Counted from the first letter of the stretch, positions 41,930 through 56,300 are shown. The stretch is DNA of 64,000 bases from Octopus vulgaris (GCA_951406725.2 OX597830.1:21204001-21268000); one strand, 5' to 3'. Notes: generated from the letters alone by a model not told the origin. A program made the numbers and translations.

Positions 41930-43910
41930 ACAGTGACATCACAAATTTTTGTAGAGAATTGAGAATAACAAGTTTTCAACAAAGAAAACACTGATTAACC
42001 CAGTGTGAAAAACACAAGCAATTTCAACTCAACAAAAAGGGAGAAAGAAAACACTGGACAAATTTTGAGAGTTTATATCTATCTTCCCTTACAATCAACT
42101 TCCACTTCCAAACTTAAGTCCAAAATTAGCTAAACACAGTGGAAAACTATGTACATGGCGTAAAAGGCAATAATAGTTATAAAAGAGGCTGATTAGAGAA
42201 GTACTGTAGTTACAATACAGAAATATGCATTAATTCTAATTCATGACACGACCCACTAAAAAATATTAAACAACTACCAACAAGCAAAAAACAATGTCTA
42301 ATCTTAAAATTTTCATAAACCAATTGGAAAATGCTTAACTAATGAAGAAATTGATTATCTGACAAATTTTATTGCCCATGCCAGTTTCTTCTATGCATTT
42401 CCCCAAAAAGCTACAAAATTAAAACAATTAATGATGCCTGCAAAGAATGATAGTCTGCATAAATGTACCCTTTCTGAAGGATCTCAAAATAAGAACGATT
42501 GTAGCAGACCCAGCCTATATAACTCACAGACTTAGCAACTTCCTTAAAATACTCTTAAAATTTATACCTAGTTTTATTAGAGATGGCCTAGATCTATGAA
42601 GCTGTCTTTTGCAAAATGTTAACAGGGATACCATATACACTCTTTTTGAAGTAATAATTTTTTATACTACCATCTCACACGAAAATTCCCCGATGAATAT
42701 CTTTTGGGCTAAGAAAATTCCCTGATGAAATTCTAGAATTAAGTGGTCATCCATTCATCCTTATCCCTAAAAGCAACTTCATTTTTGAGAAAAAACTTAC
42801 CAACAAATATCTGGAACTGCAATGTGTACAAAAGTTGCCCCAACATGCACCAAGTTAGTCATGGCAAATCTAGAAGTCCACATATATGAGCAAGCCAGAA
42901 CAAGGTAGGATATCAACTTTCAAAATTATTTGGTGAAAAATTGGAAACGATACTTAAAACACTGCCTTCTGTGGACATAAACCTAGATGAACTCCATGAT
43001 TTCCAATTCCTACTTAATAGCATCAATAAAAATATTCTGTTCACTATGGAATTTAATCTTAAACAAATACCCTTCTTACACATTCTGATTATTAAGAATG
43101 ACACGAACATAGAAACCGACATCTACTACAAACCTACGGACAGTACTGATTATTTCATGCCACTCAAGACATGAAATCCGATATTTCAGTTAACTTAGCT
43201 AGAAGAATCCGAACATTTGTTTCAAATCCAGATGTTCAGAATAAGACCCATTGAATTAAAACAGGTGCCACTTGAAAGAAAGTACCCGTCGACTTTATTA
43301 GAGAGTAGAGTAGAATACGCCAAATCAATAGATGTTGAAGAATTAAGAAAAGCCAAAAACAGTTTAGATACTCTCAAAACTTTATCTCTAATTCCAACAG
43401 ATAACCCAAGAAACAAAGACATTTGAATCATACAAAATAATCAAATGCAAAACGCAACCAAAGTCCCTAAAAAACTACTTACAATGTGAAACTGCCAACT
43501 ACGGACTAAACTCCAACAGTTAAAATGTCGGTCAATTCCGTTGCAGAACTTTTGCGAACTTTATTGCATACACAGCTTATAAATCTGATTCAGAAGCTTT
43601 TACAGTGGAAAACCATTTTATTTGTTCTTCAAATAATTTAATTTGTGTCATCAAATGCAATGGATACAGGGAAGACTACATTAGACAAATTAAACTCACT
43701 TTAAGATTGAGAATAAATATCCATCGTCAACAAATACGTGATCCCTAAACAAGACAAATTTCATTTAGTGGACATCTGGATACATGCACGAAACCCCAAA
43801 TTTCTTGACTTTCTACTCTATCAATGTGCAGCTAGTACTCCAGACTAAAAAGAATTAATAAGGAAAGCTCGTTTATCAAAAATACGAGCCACTGCTAAAT
43901 AAGTTATTAA
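41930..43910 (+). mobile_element. Penelope-like retroelement (PLE), degenerate RT + GIY-YIG endonuclease
   Basis: Fragmentary translation: IVIKEAD*RSTVV (42172), FYAFP, RTIVADPAYITHRLSNFLKILLK, QQISGTAMCTKVAPT, WKRYL, NILFTMEFNLKQIPFLHILIIKNDTNIETDIYYKPTDS, NLARRIRT, NNLICVIKCNGYREDYIRQIKLTLRLRINIHRQQIRDP (GIY-YIG). Many stops and frameshifts. Confidence 0.9.
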
Positions 43911-44316
43911 AAAACATCTGCTATAACCGTTCTCCTTTCCCAATAAATTAATTATTGTACAATGTCTACTTGGGTTCGATCTTAAGAAAACCAAAATTCA
44001 TGTAGCAGCTATCATCTAATTTACTCCACACTTCGTTATCTTACTCCACAACTTAATTATTGTAGAATATCTTCTTGGGTACTTGCTTCAGTCATTACAC
44101 TGCGGCCACGCCGGGTCACCAACTTGAAGAATTTTTTCTTGAATGATTTGACCCCAGTACTTATTTCATGGTAATTTTTCTATCGATCTCTTGTGCCAAA
44201 CCGCTAAGTTACGAGGACCTAAACACACCATCAAACAGTTGTCAAGCGGTGGTGGGGACAAACATTCACACAAAGATATATGCATATATATATATCATAT
44301 ATATGCACACACACAT

Positions 44317-44351
<35 letters not shown>

Positions 44352-44586
44352 CAGGCTGGCCCAAAAGTAGGATTGCAGTTATTCAACTATCTCTTTCGTA
44401 ATCATATATTAACAGTTTAGATCTTAATTATAAAAGAATATGAGATCATTATTCTACGCTAATTTAGTTAATTTTGTCAAGCTTCCTTTTCAGTTTGTAA
44501 GATAGAAGTTTAAACGTAATAAAATGTTTTAAAAGAAATTTTAAGTGTCTACGTGATAACTGTAAACCTACTTTAGGGCCACTCTG
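44352..44586. mobile_element. Tc1/mariner-type MITE with TA flanks
   Basis: TA|caggctggcccaaaagtaggattgcagttat ... ataactgtaaacctactttagggccactctg|TA (31-bp TIRs). Confidence 0.85.
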
Positions 44587-44619
44587 TATATATATAACAC
44601 ATACACACACACAGATATA

Positions 44620-44850
44620 TACTTCAAAAATTACCCGCACATTGACTATTGGCGATTTCTCCCTGCTTTTCCCTTTAGACTTTCCTCTTTTTTCCTGTTC
44701 CCGAAGAAGAGCTATGCTCAAAACGTAAAACAACTACTCTTTACCTTCTCCAAGCGTCATATCAATACTTTGCTTGTGCTACGTCCTCACGTTTGTTTGT
44801 TTTCTTCTTTTCCCTGTTTCTCTCAGTTTTTTAATTAATTAATTAATTAA
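44620..44850 (+). mobile_element. PLE pseudo-LTR-like fragment with decayed minimal hammerhead (44695-44731)
   Basis: gttc-CCGAAGA-a-GAGC-tat-GCTC-AAAAC-GTA-aaac; homologous to the minus-strand element at 54780-54960. Confidence 0.55.
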
Positions 44851-45419
44851 TTATACATACATACACAAATACACGTGCGTGCGCACGTGTATGTGTGTGT
44901 TTAAGACGAACTTCTTTCAGTTTCCGTCCATCAAATCCGCTCATATTTCTGGTCGGTCCGAGGCTATGGTAGAAGTGTCATACAGTGAGACCGAACCCAG
45001 GGTCACGTGGTTGGGAAACAAGCTTCATATCACTCAGTCACGTCTTTTTTCTTGTTCATTACGAAGATTTTAAAATTTCTAAGCAGAGATGATGTAGAGT
45101 ACATTTCATTCTTTTTAAAAATCGTCAGCATGACATGATCCGAGTTATGAATTAGCTATACATTAACTACTAAGATTTTAAATGTTACAAGCTTCAATTT
45201 GAGACAGATAGGAAAAACAAGTCGCTCGACAACCGTATGGCGCGTGGTTTATGTCTGGTGGATGACTCCTTGTTTTCTCTGTCTCAAATTGAGGCCTTAA
45301 ATGTCTAATATCAAGAAGAGAAAAAAAAAACAAACTGACACTTCAGTCAAGAGTTGCGATCGACAGATAATATCAGCGATCTGAAAAATCAATTGAAACG
45401 TAGAAAGATCGGATCAACC

Positions 45420-45753
45420 GCCATCACCATCGCAGCCGCCATAAGTTTCTGACTTTGACCCATTCGAGTAGTCATTTTCAATTTATGACAAGTAATTATT
45501 TTTATCATCCCTGGTATGAAGAAAAGGAAAACTGACTCAGGTAAGATTTGAACTGAGTGTGTAAAAGGGACGTCAAGTAAAAGTACGTTTAGCACGACGT
45601 CCTACTGTTTCTGACATTCAATTTCTATACAGTAAAAAAAAAATGTCTATTTTTACTTATTTCAGTCATTGGACAGCGCCCATGGTGAAGCAACACCGTG
45701 AATGGATCTTAGTCGAACAAACCGACCCTATTGCCTTTTTCTTTCTTGAAATA

Positions 45754-45810
<57 letters not shown>

Positions 45811-46105
45811 TAGATAGATAGATAGATAGACAGATAGATAGATGGATATAGGTGCAGGCGTGGCTTTATGGTAAGAAGGTTGCTTCCCAACAAGGTGGTA
45901 CCGGGTTCTCTGTCTTTTGGCGAACCGCTAAGGCAAAGAACGTAAAAAACATAATACTGGTTGGGCCCCCCCCACACACACACACAACACATATTGTTGT
46001 CATAAAAATATTTCCATGAAATGTGAACTACGTCTTTTTTGGAATAGTGGATCTCGAAGTACTGATATTATTGTTATTTATACCTTTATGTGTGTATTTC
46101 GAGAT

Positions 46106-46179
<74 letters not shown>

Positions 46180-46490
46180 GAGAGGCTTCTTTCAGTTTCC
46201 ATCTTCTAAATCCATTAACAAAGCTTCGGTCGGCCCGGGGCTGTAGTAGAAGACACTAGGCCAAGGTTCCACGCAGTGGAGCTGAACCTGAAGCCATATG
46301 GTCCGGAAGCAAACTTGTTACCGAGCAGCCAAATCTGCGTCAATACACCTTTAACAAAACCACGAATTAGATGAGAAGATGAGGGCGCCATAGTCGATTC
46401 TATCGATTTGGTGTAGTTGACAGACTCATTTTATCGATTTCAGAAGGATGAAAGACAAAGTCAGCCCCGATGGGATTTGAACTCATATAT
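45420..46490. mobile_element. Mixed-orientation decayed SINE A and B fragments
   Basis: A(-) ~45440-45600, B tail(-) ~45650-45750, B head(+) ~45851-45990, B head(-) ~46180-46340, A(-) ~46370-46485. Confidence 0.65.
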
Positions 46491-46639
46491 CTCTAGGAAT
46501 AAAATGAAATGAATAAATAAATAAATGAATTCTATTGAAATACAAATCCTCAATGCTATGATTTATGTAATATGATAGGAAAGAGCGGGCGAAATTTTTT
46601 GTTCATAAACACTCGGCAGACATCTTTCTGTCTCTTGTG

Positions 46640-48080
<1,441 letters not shown>

Positions 48081-48381
48081 GATGTATGTGTGCGTATCTG
48101 TGTGTATCTGCCTATATGTATGTTGTGGGTTTATATACGTGAGTGTAGGAGTGTTTTTTTTTTTTATTGTCAGTATTTTCAATTATTGGAAAGAATAAAA
48201 CCAACATTCAATCTAGAGATCATCTCAAAAAAATAATAAAGTGGTTCAATTTTCTTATTATTATATGAAGGTAAAAAAAGACAATTGGAAGAGAGCAGAT
48301 TCCATTCCAACTTAACCAATCAAACGACATTTTCCTTATATTAATAATCTTCAACACAAATGTAAGCCGGATAGCTTGCCC

Positions 48382-48420
<39 letters not shown>

Positions 48421-48441
48421 CATACATACATACATACATAC

Positions 48442-48528
<87 letters not shown>

Positions 48529-48531
<3 letters not shown>

Positions 48532-48673
48532 CGTAGGAGTGGGTGTGTGGTAAGTAGCTTGCTTACGAACCACATGGTTCTGGGTTCAATCCCACTGTGT
48601 GGCACATTCGGCAAGTGTCTTCTATAGCCTCGGGCCGACCTTGTGAGTAGAGTGGAAACTGAAAGAAGCCCGT

Positions 48674-48725
<52 letters not shown>

Positions 48726-49020
48726 TGTATGTATATATATATGTTTGTGTTTGTCCCCCAATATCACTTGACAACCGATTGGTGGTGTGTTTATGTCCCC
48801 GTAACTTAGCGGTTCGGCAAATACAATATCTATTTCAATACACGACTTCACATCAGGAACCTTGTAACACAAATTCATACACACACACACACACACACAC
48901 AAACAGGGATGTGTGTTCGAGTCACATGGTTGGCCGGTAACTAATTTTTCTCTAAAATATGGATAATTTATCCTGTTCACGCTATATTTTATATATATAT
49001 ATATGTGTGTGTATGTGTGT

Positions 49021-49084
<64 letters not shown>

Positions 49085-49310
49085 ATGAGTATGTATATGT
49101 GTACATGTGTGTCTTTATGTCTTTGTGTTGGTCCTGCATCGATTGACAACCGTGTCGGTTTATTTATATCCCTTAACGGTTCGGCAAAAGAATGATTGAA
49201 TAATCTTTTACTTGTTCCTGTCTTTGAACATTCTGGGACCCCACCTTGAAGGTTTTCATCGAACGAATTGACCCTAGTACTTACTCTATCGTTCACTTTT
49301 TGCTGAACCG
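48529..49310 (+). mobile_element. SINE family B copy plus a further B middle/tail fragment
   Basis: Head ggcgtaggagtgggtgtgtggtaag at 48529, middle ttgacaaccgattggtggtg at ~48770, second middle/tail at ~49100-49310. Confidence 0.75.
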
Positions 49311-49317
49311 GGTCTCT

Positions 49318-49572
49318 TTCAGCTGCGCGCCCAGCATTAAAAATATTTGTAAGAAAGAGAAGGGACCCATCGAAGGGCCCTGATTGATCTGGGCGAGGTG
49401 ATGTGGAGTCTTTCCCCTCTCTGGTGAATTGCACAATCACTCTATTGACTGTAGAAAGCAGGATCCCCTGGTTTTCTACGATTTTACGTAGACTATGTCC
49501 ACCTTCAGAATGACCCACAATACGGCCACTTTGAAATTCAGACAGTTCCAAGGCTTCTTTTGTACATGGCGT
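49318..49572 (-). mobile_element. Tc1-family transposase N-terminal HTH remnant
   Basis: TPCTKEALELSEFQSGRIVGHSEGGHSLRKIVENQGILLSTVNRVIVQFTREGKDSTSPRPDQSGP matches the Tc1 pattern ELSEFxRGxIVG..GxSxRxIA..L.IPLSTV..GRP; start codon decayed to ACG; no DDE domain present. Confidence 0.8.
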
Positions 49573-50002
49573 GATTAGACAATCACATAGAGAACCTGAA
49601 ACATTAAAAATGTCAATTAATAAAAAATACAAACTATTACAAGTAGGAATAAACATAAAACGATGTTTTATGGGTTGTCTGTTTACTTCTGGCATATATG
49701 AATGGATTTGATAGATGGAAACTGAAAGAAGCCCGTTGTATATAAGTACGTGTGTGTGTAACGTAAAAGTACAGGCATTTGGAATCCGGGCAGGCACTCT
49801 GATATAATCCAGATCTGGCTAACTTTCTCGAATGATAGGGAACATACAGAATTGTTTAAGATAAACAATTAAACGGAACTTCACCTGATAGGTAAATCCT
49901 AAGTTCGCTTCATTGGATATCATACAGAGTATATAATCAAGACATCACAACTTCAATATTTATTCATCACAGTATTATTTTCATTAAATTCCCGTCATAT
50001 GC

Positions 50003-51240
<1,238 letters not shown>

Positions 51241-51422
51241 CATTGTTATTGGGAACCAAACTTCTTACAGGTGAACTATCATTATTTCGTGTTAATTATA
51301 ATACAGAATAATTTTTTTTTAAAATTTATCAGTGGCCAGCTTATAAAAATAAACCGGTTAAGGGGAAATCATATATATGATTATAATTAAGGGCATACAT
51401 AAAATGTTTTTCAAGCCTATAT

Positions 51423-51806
51423 ACTCTTTTACTTGTTGCAGTCATTTCACTGCGGCCATGCTGGAGCACCGCCTTTAGTCGAGCACATCGACCACAGGAC
51501 TTATTTGTAAGCCTAGTACTTATTCTATCGGTCGGTTTTGCCGAACCGCTATGTTACGAGGACGTAAACACACCGGCATCGGTTGTCAAGCGATGTTGGG
51601 GACAAACACAGACACACAAACACACACATATGTATATACATATACATATATACGATGGGCTTCTTTCAGTTTCTGTCTACCAAATCCACTTACAAGGCTT
51701 TGGTCAGCTCGAGGCTATAGTAGAAGACACTTGCCGAAGGTGCCACGCTGTGGGACTGAACCCGGAACCATGTGATTGGTAACCAAGCTACTTACCACAC
51801 AGCCAC
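51423..51806 (-). mobile_element. SINE family B, full length
   Basis: ctcttttacttgttgcagtcatttcactgcggccatgctggagcaccgcc...ctacttaccacacagccac. Confidence 0.9.
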
Positions 51807-51844
51807 AATTGTAGAACTTGAAAAGAGGCAACCAAAGAGAGATT

Positions 51845-51985
51845 CCCAAATTCTGCTGAGGTCGACTTTGATTTTCATTCCTTTTGGAGTCGATAAAATA
51901 CGTACCATTTGAGCACTGAGGTCAATCAAATCGAGTAGTGCATCCCACCAAATTCCAGTCCTTCTGTCTATAGTAAAAAGGATAT
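51845..51985 (+). mobile_element. 5'-truncated SINE family A
   Basis: caaattctgctgaggtcgactttgattttcattccttttggagtcgataaaatacgtacc...ctatagtaaaaagg. Confidence 0.75.
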
Positions 51986-52269
51986 AAATATAGCTTTATC
52001 TGCTTCGAGTTGCACAATTTATTTCATATCTCACGAAGTGTTTAAACTCTTATTATTGTCTAAATGGCGATGCTGTTGTTTAGCCCCTGGTCAACCTTGG
52101 TCGAGTTAACTTATGATCAACGGCACTCCAAGCCGTGACTGCATCTACATCGGTGAGTAAATTTCCCAATTTTCTTATTTGAGACTCCAGGCCAGAAGAA
52201 TATGGAGATTTGTCTGCTATTTCTAGAAAGTCGAGCGACTGTGCAGAGGTTATCTTGTTTGGTTTGTCG

Positions 52270-52403
52270 TGGTGTGGTGGTGGTGGTGGTGGTGTTAGTG
52301 ATGGATGTGGTAATCGTGATGATGATGGTGGCGGTGGTGGTGGTGATGATGATGATGATGACAATGATGATGATGATGGTGATGATGGTGATGTTGATGA
52401 TGG

Positions 52404-52443
<40 letters not shown>

Positions 52444-52453
52444 AGTGATGATG

Positions 52454-52485
<32 letters not shown>

Positions 52486-52575
52486 GATGATGATGATGAT
52501 AGTGATGGTGATGCTGCTGATGGTATGGTAGTGATGGTGGTGGTGGCGGCGGTGGTTGTGGTAGTGGTGGTGATG
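52270..52575. repeat. (GGT)n/(GAT)n compound microsatellite
   Basis: Direct reading; source of the poly-D, poly-M, poly-H and poly-S ORFs. Confidence 0.95.
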
Positions 52576-52764
52576 TCTCGCCAGTGGAACGCATGCATGT
52601 CTTGACCTCCCCCTGACCTAACCTGGATAGTTATCACCTCCACCCAACAGGTGTTCTTGTTGCCTTCTTAAGATTCAACACCCACCAGATTATCCCATCA
52701 AAAGAATCGAAGAATCGTCACGTTGCTATAGTCTGGGTTGAAGTGTATGTGTGTGTGTGTGTGC

Positions 52765-52822
<58 letters not shown>

Positions 52823-52845
52823 ATGTATATATATATATATGTATA

Positions 52846-52891
<46 letters not shown>

Positions 52892-53241
52892 CATGTATAT
52901 ATATATTTACATACATATACACATACATATCTAGTGAGTAGTAGTAGTAGCAGCAGCAGCTAAGGAAGCGGTGGGGGGCATTATTTCTCTGCTACCGGTA
53001 TTTTTAAAAACCTTCTATACCTGATATTCTCTCTCTCTCCCTCTTACACACACACACACACACACATACACACACACGAGCTAGCTAGAGAACTAAGAAA
53101 TACTTTACCTCACCGCTGCTGTTGCTAATGATGATGATGAGGATGATAGTGATGATGCTGTGTGTGTATGAGTGTGTGTGTGTATGAGTGTGTGTGTATG
53201 AATGTGTGTATGAGTGTGTGTATGAGTGTGTGTATACACAC

Positions 53242-53290
<49 letters not shown>

Positions 53291-53982
53291 CACACACCTT
53301 TGTGATATAGCCATAAAATTCCTTCGCGTATCAAGTAATTGCTGCTGCTGCCGCTGCTGCTACTGTTACTGCTGTTGATGATGATGATGATGACAGACAA
53401 GATAAAGAATGGCATCTGTTCAGTTTGGCTCCGTTTGGCGATGGACAAACATCTTAGCACCAGGTGGGTGTCCCATCCCCACCCTTTCACAGATAGATTA
53501 ACAAATAAACAAATGAAAGCGAAAGACAAGAAAACGTCTTTGGTCATGACCTTATTTAAAAAAAAAACAAGCAAACGAACAAAATTAAAATAAATGGCTG
53601 ATTGCCGTGTTCTGTGCAGGTTTCCCAAAGAACTACGCCAACGAAAGCGTTGTAGTAATGACAGTGCGAGAGCCATAAATTTGTCCGCGAGGACCCGGGG
53701 AGGGGGAGGCGAAGAAAGAGGGGGTGAGTAGAGATGGATTAAACGGAAGAGTCACTGTATATGGCCATAGGACAGCCAAACCTCAAAAAAGAAGGAAAAA
53801 AAATCAAGGTTTTTATGTAAAGTATAAAAGCCATCTCAATATGGCTTACCACAAAGTGGGGGTGTTACTGTAGCTTTTTAGCCCCAGGAGATCATCGTCT
53901 CCAGCTGGCTTTAGACACACTTTCTGTGCCCTTAAGGTATTTGCAAAGGGAGGCCATCCTTTTCTCGTAAGCCTGAGTGATT

Positions 53983-54026
53983 CGCACCGGACCGGTTTCG
54001 AGATTATTGTCTCTTATCAACGGGCG
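53983..54026 (-). ncRNA. Minimal type-I hammerhead ribozyme candidate (U3-A8 variant)
   Basis: Sense CGCCCG-UUGAUAA-GAGA-caauaa-UCUC-GAAA-CCG-GUC-CGGUGCG: stem I 6 bp with one bulge, stem II 4 bp, palindromic ACCGGU stem III, GUC cleavage triplet. Confidence 0.65.
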
Positions 54027-54189
54027 GTAATCACCAGATTACGATGAAAGACAAGGCCTGTTTGCACATATATAAGAGTTTTTCTAGTGACGTCTGCCAC
54101 TGATCTCGAAAAACTGACTGTAAGCATTATTAAATCTCAGAACGAGATGTAAGGTTTTTAATATCTATGAAAAAAAAAAAAAAGAAATA

Positions 54190-54292
54190 AGCGCAGACGT
54201 GGCTGTGTTGTAAGAAGCTTGCTTCCCAACCAACCACATGGTTCAGGGTTCAATCTCACTGCGTGACACCTTGGGCAGGTGTTTTCTACTAT
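54190..54292 (+). mobile_element. SINE family B head, truncated by the RTE insertion
   Basis: gcgcagacgtggctgtgttgtaagaagcttgc...gacaccttgggcaggtgttttctactat. Confidence 0.8.
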
Positions 54293-54297
54293 GTATG

Positions 54298-54424
54298 TAT
54301 AACACAAGAGCTTCTATACTTTCACACCGAGAGCCTTCCAATATTTCAAGATCACTGATGCGGTCCTTCCATCTGAGACAGATCTGTGGAAACGTTCCAG
54401 TTGTTTAAGGTGGTATCGATATGT
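54298..54424 (-). mobile_element. Inverted internal fragment of an RTE-clade LINE ORF
   Basis: TYRYHLKQLERFH/ICLR/WKDRISDLEILEGSRCESIEALVL matches the RTE post-RT motif YRRHxKxLERFHQxCLRxIxxIxWxDRxSxxEVL..SIEALL. Confidence 0.8.
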
Positions 54425-54427
54425 GAC

Positions 54428-54777
54428 CCACGTCTCGCAGGCATAGAGAAGAGAAAGGAACACACATGCCTTGTATACCTTTATCTTTGTCTTTCTGCAT
54501 ATGTCTCGGAGACTCCATACTAATCATACCTGTCGGGCATGTGGAAGAGAGTGTAATTCGGCAGGAGGACTTAAACGACATGCAAAGGTACACGAAGCCC
54601 AGTTACAGCTACAGCCAGCTATTACTGGTAAAAGTTTACAGTTGCCAATTCTGTACAAGACATTGTAGATCTATAGCTGGGCTAAAAAGTCACATTCGAT
54701 CACAGCACCAGTAACAGTTAAGCTTCGTGCAATGGCCATACTCGATAACGAGGGGACAGCCATAATGTATGTATGTA
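54428..54777 (+). mobile_element. RTE-clade LINE 3' end: tandem C2H2 fingers and short 3'UTR
   Basis: HTCRACGRECNSAGGLKRHAKVH, frameshift, YSCQFCTRHCRSIAGLKSHIRSQHQ* (stop 54712-54714); UTR ggccatactcgataacgaggggacagcc then (ATGT)n. Confidence 0.75.
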
Positions 54778-55022
54778 GTTGAAATTTACAGAAAAACAAA
54801 AGATGAAGGCAGGTGTGTAAGCAACAAGGTGTAATTAATTTGACGCTCGCGAAGGTGAGAAAGTCTTTTACGTTTCGAGCCTACGCTCTTCAACAGAAAG
54901 GAACACGAGGAAATAAACAGAGAGAGAATAAAAAAAACCTATGGATTTAGTGGTCAATCATGGCGACTTCACCATGTTGGACCGCTGAACTCCACACGAT
55001 TTTTTCATTCTCTCTCTGTTTA
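54778..55022 (-). mobile_element. PLE pseudo-LTR-like element with minimal hammerhead-like motif (54865-54900) and terminal inversion
   Basis: Sense CUUU-CUGUUGA-a-GAGC-guag-GCUC-GAAAC-GUA-AAAG; 54914-54962 and 54971-55022 are inverted copies of each other; a related end fragment lies at ~58410-58450. Confidence 0.6.
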
Positions 55023-55180
55023 GCTTTATGGCGTATCTTCAGATACCAAAAACCTGTGAGTCCAAGAGGTCATGGGCCAAGAAGCTTTTGGGATCTGACG
55101 ATACACCATAAAACTAAACCCTTTATGGATGGGAAACCTAAGATAATCCCATAAACCGGCCTCCCTCATTTTTGATATAT

Positions 55181-56219
55181 ACTAGCAGAGATACCCGGCC
55201 TTGCTCGGGATTAAAATGGCATATATTTTTATTGCTTTACTTGTTTCGGTCATGTGACTGCGGCCATGCTGGAGCGCCGTCGTTGGTCGAAGAAATCAAC
55301 TACAGGATTTATTCTTTATAAGCCTAGTACTCATTCTGTCAGTGTCTTTTACCAAACTGCTAAGTTACAGGAATGTAAACACATCAACATCAGTTGTACA
55401 AACACAAGACACACGCACACCCATACGCAAATATACACATATATACGACAGTCTGCTTTCAATATCCGAGTACGAAATCCACTCACAAGGTTTTGGTCGG
55501 CTATATACGAAGTATATAGCTCTTAAAACGGTTTTTGTGTATTTATTCAGAATACCGAACTGTCTTACAAAGAATCTTGTTTTTAGAAATTCCCAATAAG
55601 TTATGAATACCCAAATTGTAAAGTCAGTCATGTGATAACATGAAATTGATTATCCTATAGTAAGAATTCAAATAAAGTAGCCCCGAAAAGGGCTTTAATA
55701 TGTTCCCAGAGTACATAGACCATAGGAGGAAATACTTATAAGGTATGTATACTAAAATCGTGAAATATCTTATGTAATAACAGGCTAATCAGATATGAGA
55801 TAAAGTAATTAACTATGAAAAAAGCTTTTGTGCGTCCCCAGAGAATATTACCCTCAGCAGCGCTAGTGTTGGTATATTTGTGAATAAGTCTCTAACCGAA
55901 ATAAGTGGATCTATAGTTTAGGAGAATACTATTAACTTGTTTTAGCTTTGTACTGGATAAATTGAAAAAATAACTAAAATAGTTCTAATATCAAGAAATA
56001 AGTATACTCAATTTCATTTTTACCAAATAATCTATGAAGGAGGGAATGAGTTATTTCCCTAGGAAGCTTAAAAATAATTACGCCCGCCGTTTACCCGAAC
56101 ATTTTTTCGAAATTTGTTTATACTTTAGACCTCCCCAGACACATAAGCAATAGGTGTGTGAAGTTTAAGAAAAATCGGTTTGAGTCGTTTTGACGCAAAA
56201 TGAGGATATACCGATACAC

Positions 56220-56277
<58 letters not shown>

Positions 56278-56300
56278 TTTCAGTTTTAATATGTAAGAAA
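55181..56300 (+). mobile_element. Helitron/Helentron-type non-autonomous element (interrupted by SINE B at ~55235-55502, minus)
   Basis: 5' actagcagagata-cccggccttgctcggg hairpin; 3' gtgtgaagtttaagaaaaatcggtttgagtcgttttgacg..(CA)n..ttttcagttttaatat. This architecture is typical of Lep1/HINE-like elements. Confidence 0.65.

Larger units (their letters stand above)
44078..45042 (-). mobile_element. SINE family B split at its internal microsatellite by nested insertions
   Basis: Tail and middle at 44078-44340, head at ~44900-45042; a MITE and a PLE-terminal fragment lie in between. Confidence 0.7.

Noticed and set aside
42721-42745. Additional CTGATGA hits (also 4707, 10539, 30148, 34090)
   Set aside because: No stem II plus GAAA downstream; two of them lie inside retroelement coding remnants.
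48982-49797. Longest ORF in the window (271 aa)
   Set aside because: Chance read-through joining SINE B pieces, a Tc1 HTH remnant and (CA)n; not a gene.
54471-54714. Host C2H2 zinc-finger gene
   Set aside because: Frameshifted, no TGEKP linkers, followed by an RTE-type 3'UTR and joined to an RTE ORF fragment.
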